From Cyanidioschyzon merolae (taxonomy: Eukaryota), in the NCBI GenBank assembly GCA_000091205.1, contig AP006488.2: a stretch of DNA of 64,000 nt, one strand, 5' to 3'. Below the pieces are notes generated by a model that ran no database searches, had not been told where the DNA came from, and saw only the letters and a program-made list of their open reading frames with translations. How positions within the stretch are numbered: position 1 is the stretch's first letter; each line of letters opens with the position of its first letter. The position numbers and the translations under genes were made by a program. This document shows, in pieces, positions 34,534-44,761 of this stretch.

Positions 34534-35583
34534 ATGAGGTGCGAAACGCGAGCTGTCGTTACTGGACTCTTTGTGTACCCCATAAAGTCGTGTCGAGGTA
34601 TCGCCATAGAGCAGAGCGCGCTCAGTCTTACGGGTTTGGCTTACGATAGGCTCTACGTCATCGGTCGCCCCGGGGTAGAGGACGGAGGCCGTACGGCGCG
34701 CTTCGTGTCTCAAAGACAAGAGCCGCAGCTATGCCAGCTTGTTCCCGAGCTCGACCTCGAGAGCAGCACCTTGAGGGTGCGCTCGAAGGTAAGACCCGAG
34801 CTGGAGCCGCTGGAGCTGCCATTGGAGGTGTCCAAGGAACGCACCGCCGACACTCAAGTGCGCATCTGGAGCGACATCGTACCCGCAATCGACTTTGGCG
34901 GTGAAGACTGGTTCGCTGCTGCGCTGGACGATCAACTGTCGTATCCAGTTCATATCTACCGAATGCCGGCGACGTTCGAGCGGACTGTTGACCCGGAGCG
35001 GGCGTTCCTGTCGCCGTCATTCGACAGCGTGGTGGGCTTTGCCGACGCGTTTCCCGTATTGCTAACCTCGATGCAGTCGCTTGCGGAGTTAAACCGACGA
35101 ATAGCTTCTCAGTCTGGGGTGGCCCACCAAGTGCCCATGAGTCGCTTCAGACCAAATATTGTCATTGACGCGCTGCCGCTCAATGAGGAACGAGTCTCAG
35201 CAGTGCAGCGCAGGTCTCTGGAGCCCTTCGAGGAGGACACCTGGAAACGAATCCAAATCGGAGAGCAGGTCACGCTTCTAGTCGCGAAGCCTTGCAGTCG
35301 TTGCCGAATCACGACGACAGATCAGGATACCGGCCGGGTAGATGATGCATTTCGGGAGCCGCTGCGCACCCTAGAAACTTTTCGCAAACAACCCCTTGGG
35401 CTGATATTTGGTCAGAATTTGGCACCGGAATACCCACGGCGATCTGGACAGCTTCTTCGTGTCGGTGATGTAGTGCAGGTGCTCGAGTGGCAGACCAACG
35501 ATTCTTCACCGTGGTGGTGGCAGCGGCTCTATCGCGGTTTCTGGGGACGTGCGTCCCGCCCTGAGCGTCCAACGGCGTCGTAG
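34534..35583 (+). CDS. MOSC-domain protein (MOSC_N beta-barrel plus MOSC; mARC/YcbX-like molybdenum cofactor sulfurase C-terminal domain family)
   Basis: N-terminal LFVYPIKSCRGI (MOSC_N hallmark), FADAFPVLLTSMQSLAEL, RFRPNIVID, and conserved Cys in LLVAKPCSRCRITTTDQDTG. Confidence 0.8.
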   Translation: MRCETRAVVTGLFVYPIKSCRGIAIEQSALSLTGLAYDRLYVIGRPGVEDGGRTARFVSQRQEPQLCQLVPELDLESSTLRVRSKVRPELEPLELPLEVSKERTADTQVRIWSDIVPAIDFGGEDWFAAALDDQLSYPVHIYRMPATFERTVDPERAFLSPSFDSVVGFADAFPVLLTSMQSLAELNRRIASQSGVAHQVPMSRFRPNIVIDALPLNEERVSAVQRRSLEPFEEDTWKRIQIGEQVTLLVAKPCSRCRITTTDQDTGRVDDAFREPLRTLETFRKQPLGLIFGQNLAPEYPRRSGQLLRVGDVVQVLEWQTNDSSPWWWQRLYRGFWGRASRPERPTAS

Positions 35584-37581
35584 CGAAGGAGCGCGCGACT
35601 GCTGCCTCACAGAGCAGGGACTCGCGGACACCAAAACCAGCTTGAACGTGGCATGCCGTTGATCTGGACAGGTTATGAACGCTCGTGACACCCATCTGGG
35701 CACCATGGTTGTGCAACCTGTACCGGACACGGTTCATTTTGCGCTGCAAGCGACCTGTATGCATTCGGGCGGAGGCGATCCTGCCCGATACGCAAGTCCA
35801 AAGCGTGTCCGCAGCAGCGCTCGGCCCGTGGTGCACACCACGTCGCATACGCTGCGCACTGGATTCACGATACATAGTCTGGCAACGCAGTCAGCAGTGT
35901 AGGCGTCGCATGGGCTGCGCACTGAGGTCACGTCAGTAACATGGGATAGGCTCCGGTTGCACAGGAGACGCATGATCCCCAGCGCAAGCTGCAGTATCCT
36001 CGCCGTCGATGCGGATCATCGCGCGCATACAGGCCTCCATGTGAGCAACTTTGTCAACAGCAATCCCTGGACAAACACACCACAACAGTTCGGCAGCGGT
36101 ACGCAGCGGGACGGGGTATGAAACACCCTCATTCTTGTCCAGAATCGATGCTCGCGGCAGGGAGCGTACATCCACGTGCTGCAGTTCGATAGCGCGCGGC
36201 GTGTGACAAACCCACTGATGCACTCGTCGGCGACGCACAACGCTATTGCTTCGACTGGTGTGAACGCCGTACCGCGCTCGTTGCGTCAAGCGTGAAGCCT
36301 GCACCGTGTCCTCAGGGACCTGTTCCCCGAACCGGGCAACCGCAAGCGTAACCGATGCGCAACGTCCGCAACGCTACGTTGCCCAGCACGGTGTCATATA
36401 CCGAAAGCCGAGTGCATGGTATCGGGATTCGCAGTTTGCACGAACTGAAAAGCGAACGTAAACGTCAGTTTTATGCAGTCATTCACTTCATGTTTTCAGC
36501 GACTGAGTTCATCCCAAATGGTTTATCTCTACGCCTGCACAGAAACGCCACCAAACACTCGCCCTAGCCTGCAAGGCACTGTTGCGATCGCCATCACTAT
36601 GAGATGAGCGAAATGGCCTCCAAACGCATACCGTGGCACGCGCACAGCACGCTTTCGCTGCACCGATATGGATTTCGTTGCTAGCACTCTGTGGCATCCT
36701 GGAATTTGTGTTGATCGCCTCAAAAGCGAACCAAAGCAAGAGATGTGCTGGAAACCTTGGCAAGGGTTCCGCGTACCGACCAGAGCAGTCTGGCGGGAAG
36801 CTCCCGACGATCTGCCGGCAATGTAGGCACTCGATTTTACATCATGCTCGAAGACTCGCTTTTTATCCTGCAGGTGCACGTAGATGTGCGACAAGCGCAT
36901 GAACAGTAGCTGAAACCGCAATTGCCTCACCAGGAAACCTAATAAATTCACAATGCGTCAATGCACAAGCACTCAACTACACATACCATCAGTCTACTAT
37001 CGTACGTTGCATCCATCAAACAAGGCGTCCTCTGAGCGCGCACATGCCCTGGTACCCAAGGCCAGCACGTCCACCCGATCGTTCGATATCCATGCGCATC
37101 CATCCAGGTTGCGTGTCCTTCTAGTGCGTGCCCGCGCTCGCATACGCAACTGCAGCACACGCAGCTGGGAAAAGAATGCCCCCGCGCATGATCATCGCCA
37201 TCATGATCTGTATGCTTGCACAGTCGTATGCGCAGACGCAGCAGCATCACGAAGTCCTATATGGCATACATGAACCCTAAATGATTAAGATCTCTACATC
37301 GCCGGCGATTGATGCGCGCGGCCTCACGTCGACGACGGGCGATGCGATCGCAGGCGAGCGCGTCTGGCCTCCGTCGATGCTCGACGGAAGGCGCCGCAGC
37401 GAGCACGCACACAACGAGCCGCAGCGAATTGCGCAGCGCCTTGGACGATCCCGTAGACACTTGGCGTGTTGGTGTCGATATCCCCAAACGCGCGATAGGC
37501 CTACCGCTCGAGGGCGTGGTCCGTGTCTGTGTGTGTCGAGGTAATTTGTTTCAACATTCCTTACTTAAATTGAAGCGCAAA

Positions 37582-38916
37582 ATGGTGCTGGGCTTTAACG
37601 TTGCTGGAGCTGTGCGAACAACAGCGGTGCGGGAGCGGCCACCGGTCTGCGGTGTAGGGGCTCAGAGCTCGCGCTTTCGCGGTGACACTATGGTAAGCGT
37701 GGCGAGGACTCGCGCGTTTCTCGCGGTGCCGCCTTTGCGCAGTACACGCTTGCCCAAACCAACACGACAGACATGGCTGCACATGCAAACGTCGACGATG
37801 CAGAAAGCGCGCTATGCGGAGAAAGCACCGCGAGGCGTCCACAAAGAAGCTGCCGTCGGTGCTGTCAAGTCGGAGGCGCTTCAGCGCAAAAACATTCAGC
37901 GTCCAGTGATGGTCGGCGTTGCGGCTGACTCTGGGGCGGGCAAGTCTACCTTCTTGCGCCGTGTGATGCGCATGTTCGGCTCCGATATACCCAAAGGTCA
38001 TACGCCGCAGGGTGAGCTTATCACGGTTATCTGCTTGGATGATTGGCATAATCGCGATCGCCAGGGCCGCAAAGAGGATAACATCACGGCTTTGGATGAA
38101 AACTGCCAGAATTTTGACCTGATGGCAGAGCAGCTTGAGGCGCTCAAGAATGGATTCGATATCATGAAGCCTATCTACAACCATGAGACCGGGCGGATCG
38201 ATCCACCCGAGCTCGTTTCTCCGAACCACATCGTGGTTGTCGAGGGTCTACACCCCATGTACGATGAACGAGTGCGCAAACTGCTGGATTTCTCGGTATA
38301 CCTCGACCTGGATGATGAAGTGAAAATCGCGTGGAAGATCCAGCGTGATATGGCAGAGCGTGGCCACACACTGGAGGCCATCCTTGCATCTATAGAGGCC
38401 CGCAAACCCGATTTTGAACGGTTTATCTTGCCGCAACGACAGTATGCGGATGCCGTCATCCAAGTGAAGCCAACCGAGCTCATACCAGAGGACAAAGAAC
38501 GGAAGATTCTGAAAGTTCGCCTCTTGCAACGCGAAGGCGTGCAAGGTTTCAAGACCGCCTACCTCTTTGATGAAGGATCGACGATCGAATGGATCCCATG
38601 CGGACGACGTCTGACCTGCTCCTACCCTGGCATCAAGTTCCACTACGGCCCCGAGAGCTTTTACGGTGCAGACTTTTCGACCATTGAGGTGGACGGCGAG
38701 TTTGCCAAGCTCGAGGAGCTCGTCTACATTGAGTCACATCTGTCAAACACCGGTACCAAATACTATGGTGAGCTCACCCAGCTCATGCTGGCAGCGCAGA
38801 ACACGCCCGGAGCCTACAACGGAACAGCATTATTCCAGACGATCATCGCTTTGAAGATTCGTGAGATCTACGAACAATTAACTGGTCGCAAGGTGGACCC
38901 CGTGGTGCGATCGTGA
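37582..38916 (+). CDS. PRK: Phosphoribulokinase (class II, eukaryotic Calvin-cycle PRK) with an N-terminal transit-peptide-like extension
   Basis: VMVGVAADSGAGKSTFLRRVMRMFG (P-loop), ITVICLDDWH, KPIYNHETGRIDPPELV, VVVEGLHPMYDERVRKLLDFSVYLDLDDEVKIAWKIQRDMAERGHTLE, IEARKPDFERFILPQRQYADAVIQVKPT, YLFDEGSTIEWIPCGRRLTCSYPGIKF, YIESHLSN, LFQTIIALKIREIYEQL. All are closely collinear with plant or red-lineage PRK. The ORF is open from 37309; the start is chosen at the in-frame ATG 37582 (alternative 37690 MVSVARTRAF). The leader is R/S/T/A-rich. Confidence 0.85.
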   Translation: MVLGFNVAGAVRTTAVRERPPVCGVGAQSSRFRGDTMVSVARTRAFLAVPPLRSTRLPKPTRQTWLHMQTSTMQKARYAEKAPRGVHKEAAVGAVKSEALQRKNIQRPVMVGVAADSGAGKSTFLRRVMRMFGSDIPKGHTPQGELITVICLDDWHNRDRQGRKEDNITALDENCQNFDLMAEQLEALKNGFDIMKPIYNHETGRIDPPELVSPNHIVVVEGLHPMYDERVRKLLDFSVYLDLDDEVKIAWKIQRDMAERGHTLEAILASIEARKPDFERFILPQRQYADAVIQVKPTELIPEDKERKILKVRLLQREGVQGFKTAYLFDEGSTIEWIPCGRRLTCSYPGIKFHYGPESFYGADFSTIEVDGEFAKLEELVYIESHLSNTGTKYYGELTQLMLAAQNTPGAYNGTALFQTIIALKIREIYEQLTGRKVDPVVRS

Positions 38917-39830
38917 CCATCCTGAACCGAAACGTTGCTCGTTTCGACATTTAGCTCACGTGAGTGCGCTCTATCACGGCAAAGGTAAAGTTGGTTCGGA
39001 ACGACGTTCGTTTCCTCCCGTACTGAGACTTGATTTCGTTGCGGAACACGGCAGTGATACCGTGTTCCCTGAGGACGCGCAGCCATTTTCGCAGGTACTA
39101 TGGCTGTGCGCCGGGCGTCTCAAAAGCACTGCAGACGATCTGTGCAGAGGCTGGCGCTTCCTTTCAGCGGCTGCTATGCACTCAACCTGTGCGATGGAAA
39201 CCTGCTGTACAGCCTCGAGTCGTGCTCCAGGGCGAGAACGCAACTAGACACGCGTCCAAGGTTCGCTTACGCTCGAAAGCATCATCGACTCAAATCTGGA
39301 AGTTGAAGCGAGCGTTTGGGGCCAAACGCAGCCTTGTTCTTCTATAAAAGTGTCACACCAGTAGGAATAAGCAGTCGTGAGAAGATGCATCGCGCAGCGA
39401 GACTGTGTCGCATCAATCGTTATGCGAGGTCCACGAACTCGCTGCCTCGTTTGGAGTCTCCCTTAACCGTTTCCAGTGCAAAAAAGGTATCGTTGCAGTC
39501 GATGAACTTCAGGATAAGCAGCTAGAGCGCTAGGGGACCTCTCGTAACCGATTCGTAACGACGTCACTCGTTTCCGGCGCGACAAGCCACCGTTGCTGCG
39601 TATGGACAGAAGCAACTGCTGCTGCAGGCGCAGAGCTACAGAACAGTTCGAAGCAGGATCACCTGCACTTGGACGTCCTGAGAAACAAGCTGTAGTCTCG
39701 CTGTGAACACTAGGGAGACCGCCAGTTTTGCAGGGCGATCGCACTGCAGATACCAAGCACCAGACACACCGTTAGCTCGACAGCCTGCAACCGACCTTTA
39801 GAATACTCTTCAGAGGCACTAGGCCGTCTC

Positions 39831-41945
39831 ATGGGTGTCTGTTGGAGTGATTCGGAGGAATCCAGTACGAAAAAACGGCCTCGTTCGAGAGTGGTCCCTG
39901 AATTAACGCTGCAACCTCGAGGCAGGACGAGCCCTGAGGAGCGTGCTCAGGGAAACGTTCGCTCCGCAGCCGCAGCTACAACCTTCGTACTGCATAGCGT
40001 GAGCCGGAACGCACTTTCCACTTCGCAGCACGAGCAGCACGAGCAGCAACCGCAGCAACCGCAGCAACCGCAGCAACAGCAGCTATGGGGACACCCGCTA
40101 AAGCCCAAGGCGGCAGAGACCATCTTCAACCTTCCGTCTTGCGACTTGGTGCGATTTCTTGGCCAGGGGATGCTCGGTACCGTGGTATTGGTGCGCGAAC
40201 GCGCGACTGGCAAGTTCTATGCCGTCAAAGTCATGTCGCTGCAACGTGTGCGGCAACGCGGGCAGGAACGCAACGTCCAGCTGGAACTTGAAATAGTGCG
40301 CAACTGCGGGGCACACCCATTTATCGTGAAAGTCGAGGCCGGGTACCAGACTCGCCAGGCGCTGGTGCTGGTGCTCGAGTATGTCAGCGGAGGCGACATG
40401 TACAACCTACTAGAGCGCTACCGATGCATTCCAGAGGACGCACTTCGTTTCTATGTCGCTGAGTTAGCGCTGGCACTCGGGCATTTGCATGCGCGCGGTT
40501 ATGTCTGCCGCGACCTCAAAGTGGAGAATGTACTTATCGATAGCCGAGGTCATGTGCGTCTAACGGACTTTGGCTTGGCAGGTCGCGATGCCGACGGCTG
40601 CACTGATCGCAGTGGCACACCGATCTACCAGGCACCAGAGGTGCTGCGAGGCGAACGCCATGGCCGTCAAGTCGACTGGTGGGCACTCGGCATTCTCGCC
40701 TACTTCTTGCTGGCAGGTACACCGCCCTATTACGCGCCAACCGAGCGGGAGGTCTATCGCATGATTCTGGACGAACGCTCCGAGCCAGCGTGGCAAGGTG
40801 GTTACATGACCGGGGCCAGTGCGGTATGCAAGGATTTCCTGCGTCGTCTTATGGATCGAAATCCGCGGACTAGGCTCGGCAGCGGGGCCAGCGGCACAGC
40901 TGACGACGTCGACGAGGTCTTGGCACATCCGTTCTTCTCTGGGGTCTCTCGACGGTGGCTCACGGAACGCGGGAATGTGTCACCCACACTGCTTAGTATG
41001 ATGAGGGACGATGATCAGCCTGGCATTGATGTGGATAAATTCTTACGATATCAAGTGGTTCCACCGCTGGAGCCGGCAAAGCAACCAGCAGCGGATTTTG
41101 AACCTGTAGATGAGGATGTTCTACGAGCGGATGAGAATTTGTACGCTGCGCTGACGGGTGATAATCGCCCCCAGGCCCAGCATCTTGCCAATATGGTTCA
41201 AACCTCCACTGAATCGATGGCTAGGGCGAAGCTGACCACTGAGAACGCGTTCGTTCCCGGTTACAAGGTGTATTTCTGGGGGGAGCACCATGGCGATGTG
41301 GTCGCCAACAGAGCGACCCGCCGCAGCCCATGGAGGTCGGGGTCCAGGCACGGGTTGGGACGACGCTCACCTCTAGCTCACGCAAGAGCCAGTGAAGTTG
41401 CTGTGCCACCTCTCGCCGTCCAGCGGACATACTCGATGCCTGCCTGGATTGGAACAGTTGACCAGGACAGGGCCGAGCGGTCTCCGACGGAGCGTCGCCC
41501 GTATAGCGGTCGCACCGATCAGAACAGCGCCGTTGCTCAGGCGTTCGGAATCACATCCACGACTGGCAGCAGTATTCAGCGTCACCGAGAGCATGACTTG
41601 AAAGCATTTCGTTCAGCGAAGACGCTCGGAAAGCTGTGGATGCGACTGGGTAGGCAGCAACGCTTGGCGATCCGCTCTGACGGAGATGCGGAAGAGTTGG
41701 TGCTACCCACGTCCGTATCCAGCTCTGACGTTAGCGCTATGCATGGAAACGTGGATAACGACGCAGACGAGGAGTCGAGTGGCATATGGGAAATTTCGGA
41801 GGCACAGGAGACGCCCCATGCGGGCGCGAGTCGATCACGTACTTCGATCGGCTTGAATTTTAGCCGCACCCGTCAGTATCTCTTCGAGCGGACCTGGACG
41901 GGCACCGATGATGACGAAGGTCGCGTCTACCGCCTAGCGGGGTAG
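39831..41945 (+). CDS. AGC-family Ser/Thr protein kinase with Q/P-rich N-terminus and long C-terminal tail
   Basis: LGQGMLGTV, YAVKVM, YVCRDLKVENVLID, LTDFGLAG, GTPIYQAPEVL, DWWALGILAYFLLAGTPPY, AGC-type C-terminal LAHPFFSGVSRRWL. N-terminal coding (CAGCAACCG)n gives QQPQQPQQPQQQQ. Confidence 0.8.
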   Translation: MGVCWSDSEESSTKKRPRSRVVPELTLQPRGRTSPEERAQGNVRSAAAATTFVLHSVSRNALSTSQHEQHEQQPQQPQQPQQQQLWGHPLKPKAAETIFNLPSCDLVRFLGQGMLGTVVLVRERATGKFYAVKVMSLQRVRQRGQERNVQLELEIVRNCGAHPFIVKVEAGYQTRQALVLVLEYVSGGDMYNLLERYRCIPEDALRFYVAELALALGHLHARGYVCRDLKVENVLIDSRGHVRLTDFGLAGRDADGCTDRSGTPIYQAPEVLRGERHGRQVDWWALGILAYFLLAGTPPYYAPTEREVYRMILDERSEPAWQGGYMTGASAVCKDFLRRLMDRNPRTRLGSGASGTADDVDEVLAHPFFSGVSRRWLTERGNVSPTLLSMMRDDDQPGIDVDKFLRYQVVPPLEPAKQPAADFEPVDEDVLRADENLYAALTGDNRPQAQHLANMVQTSTESMARAKLTTENAFVPGYKVYFWGEHHGDVVANRATRRSPWRSGSRHGLGRRSPLAHARASEVAVPPLAVQRTYSMPAWIGTVDQDRAERSPTERRPYSGRTDQNSAVAQAFGITSTTGSSIQRHREHDLKAFRSAKTLGKLWMRLGRQQRLAIRSDGDAEELVLPTSVSSSDVSAMHGNVDNDADEESSGIWEISEAQETPHAGASRSRTSIGLNFSRTRQYLFERTWTGTDDDEGRVYRLAG

Positions 41946-42805
41946 CACGAGTGTCGGGCAACCAAGAAATACCCATATGTTCATGTTTTTCCCAAAAGCT
42001 GTGTGCAGGCAGGAAACGTTACGAGCACTGCGTTTGTCGCAAAACAGCGAACGGCGACACCGAGCCACCCTTCGGTATGCTCTGATCGATCCAGGCTGTG
42101 TCGCCTTCTTCTGCCACGACGATGGGGTCGGAGGTATCTAGAACTAGATATCCGTGAGTTCAGTGTATTCAGCAAAGCTGGGAGCGCACCTGCTTCCCCA
42201 ACCATCATGGGACGCTCATAAGGACACCAGCCACGGCTACAGCACAGGGCCAAGCTACTGGACTACTCTACCAGCAGATGCAGCGGTAGAGCTGACGGAC
42301 TCTGGCGCGCGCTGTCCGGGTGTACACTCATATGCAACACAAAACCCTGGTAGCCACTGGTGGATCCATTAATCGTATCCTTATTCACGACCCCGAGACG
42401 TGTTTGGAGTTCGTGAAACGCAAAAGCCGCTGTATACTGGAGCGATGGACTTCAGGATTTGGCCACCAGCATCAGTGGCGAACCTATGTGGATATGAATT
42501 GCTGTATTCATTCCACATCTTAAAGAGCTTTCTAACCATCGCCGCACACTGGAACAGTGGCTTGGCCGGGAAATACCTCTGCTTTTTCGCCTTTGTGATC
42601 AGTTTGTGGCGGCGGTAGCAGTGGCTGCGAATCCAGCGTCTGAGGCATGTTTGTTCGTGCAGGGTCGCTAGAGCAATCCAGCCTCTACCCCCTATGAGAG
42701 CGCTTCTCTAGGACTAGAGAAAATACCTCATATTCAGGGCGGAGGCGTGGTCTATTTCCGGGTTGTAGGCAAAAGCAGTGGATCCGGAGTAACCCAGCCC
42801 GAGAC

Positions 42806-42960
42806 ATCGATTCGCTGATAATCATAACAGCGTTTCTCTGGGATCCAATATCGTTTAAATGAAGCAGGGATCATCGATTCGCTGATAATCATAATAGCGT
42901 TTCTATGGGATGCAATTTCGTTTAAATCAAGCAGGGATCATCGATTCCACGATGACCATC
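42806..42960. repeat. Tandem repeat: 67-bp unit, about 2.3 copies
   Basis: atcgattcgctgataatcataa[c/t]agcgtttct[c/a]tgggat[c/g]caat[a/t]tcgtttaaat[g/c]aagcagggatc repeated at 42806, 42873 and 42939 (partial). Confidence 0.85.
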
Positions 42961-43813
42961 GAGGTGTTTCCACGGGGCGCATAGATGCACGCTCCCAGAT
43001 GGGCTCGATACTGTACGACTGCCTCTGGCACACACACTGCGAACGCAAGGCGCCAATCCTGCATAGGAGAAAAGGTTTTGTGGCGTTTCGTCTAGCTACC
43101 CAGCGTTTACAAGGTACCTCTCACGAGCTCAAGTAAAGGGTTACCTGACGCGGCTCCAGGTGCTTATCCGGGGCGGCAAAAGAGTGGTTCCTCGCGCTGC
43201 ATCTCAGCGTGAAGATTTCTTGGTGGAAAACGCGTTGGCGCAGCGCGCTCCGTCGTTTGCTTCTCCGCGAGGTGCAGCATCGATATCCTTCAAACCCTGA
43301 TGACTCCCTGGCCGGACTGGCGGGAGGCGTTCCCGAGCTGGGCGCGGCAGTTCCGATACGGTGTTTGGATATTGCTGGCAGTCTTGCTATTTATCCATAT
43401 TTTGGCGTTCTGGGGTACTTTGTGGCTGCTTCAGAACCAGTCCAACCGCACAGAGCGACCAAAGCAGGAATAGAGAACGCTGCTCAGTACTGGGCGGCCT
43501 TATGGCACTCTACCAGAGATGCGAGCGGGCATACTTCGGATGAAAATGGTTACCAAGTTGCTGCAACAGGTCTTTGTGCTGGAGCAAGCGCGTGCTAGGC
43601 CTGGGCCAGGGGATTGAACGCGGAAATACTTTAAAACTCTCAAAATTGCGAGCGAGCCGTTGCACATACGGTGCGGAGCCGGAGGTCACGCCCTAAATTA
43701 GTGTCTAACAGGCTGTGGATGCGATCTGAAAAGCGCTTTGCACCGCTGTGCAGGCTTTTGCCCTCGCAATGCGCTCCGCTTCGACTCATGGTTCGCGTTT
43801 CACATCCTGCTTT

Positions 43814-44761
43814 TCAAGGAGTCCTGTTATGGCCAACCCATCTGCCGAGCAGACATGGGGCATTCGCTGAACGTTGACGAGCTTCTGCGGTGATCACTCG
43901 AAAGCCCGCTCGCTTGTAAAGAGAGAGTGCCCCAGCGTTTTCTCTCTCTACGTGGAGATAGATTGTGCGATGCTGCCACGCTCTGGTCTGCGACTCGCAC
44001 TGCGCCAATAGATATCGGGCAATGCCGCGTCGACGATAGTCCGGATGCGTCGCAAGGTTGTACAAGTACACGCGCCGCACGATTCCCTGGTTACAATTGC
44101 GGCCGTGTGCGCGTCCGGAAACATTCTTACCCGCTATACGTTCGAGAAGATCAAGCAACGCGGCCGTGAATGACGTCACCTGGACTCGCACAGGTTCGAG
44201 CGACATTTCCACTATACCGACAACCATCTCTGCAACTGGCTCCGAAGCGCCCCCTGGTGCATGCAGACTATCGCGCGGCGGTCGCGGCGTAAGCGCTTTG
44301 TCTTTCGAGCATACAGACGCCTTTGCTATGAAAAGTCGGTGGTTATTTGGCCGAAACTTCATGCGTAAGCGGAAACCTAGCCAAGCCTCTAGCGTCAACA
44401 AAAAGAGCTCCCACTCTTCTCGCCAGCCGCGGTAGAAGGACTCAGGTGCGCCAGCTGAAGACTGATTATCTTTCACTTGGTGCGCAGAATCCTGTGTGGC
44501 GTTACTGCGGAAACAGATTGCGTAAACCTGAGCGGCCTTCCAGACCTCATCAGCCGTGCAGGCCTCCTGCACACGAACTAACGAACCGCTGCCTGTTGTC
44601 GACAGCAACGGTGCGCCCTGAATTGCAGCTTCCGGTACCTTGACCAACGGTTTCTTCGATTTATTCTCCGTCGCCAGTGTGCATTTGGCCGCTTTATACT
44701 GAGCACACAATCGGGCTCTGATAATAGAGCTCTGGAACGCTGCGAATAGCTTGCGAGCCAT
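43814..44761 (-). CDS. GNAT-family N-acetyltransferase (acetyl-CoA binding motif in C-terminal half)
   Basis: VVGIVEMSL...RRVYLYNLATHPDYRRRGIARYLLAQCE (motif A, R-x-x-G-x-A) ...IYLHVERENAGALSLYKRAGFRV (motif B). N-terminal about 180 aa has no recognisable domain, and the start is uncertain. Confidence 0.55.
   Translation of the reverse strand: MARKLFAAFQSSIIRARLCAQYKAAKCTLATENKSKKPLVKVPEAAIQGAPLLSTTGSGSLVRVQEACTADEVWKAAQVYAICFRSNATQDSAHQVKDNQSSAGAPESFYRGWREEWELFLLTLEAWLGFRLRMKFRPNNHRLFIAKASVCSKDKALTPRPPRDSLHAPGGASEPVAEMVVGIVEMSLEPVRVQVTSFTAALLDLLERIAGKNVSGRAHGRNCNQGIVRRVYLYNLATHPDYRRRGIARYLLAQCESQTRAWQHRTIYLHVERENAGALSLYKRAGFRVITAEARQRSANAPCLLGRWVGHNRTP

Noticed and set aside
35309-35875. 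188-aa minus-strand ORF
   Set aside because: It overlaps the 3' end of the MOSC gene antisense and has low-complexity R/A-rich composition.
37561-38229. 222-aa minus-strand ORF
   Set aside because: It is antisense to the strongly supported PRK coding sequence.
42806-42960. CRISPR array
   Set aside because: There are only about 2.3 copies of a 67-bp direct repeat with no spacers, in a eukaryotic nuclear context. It is a simple tandem duplication.
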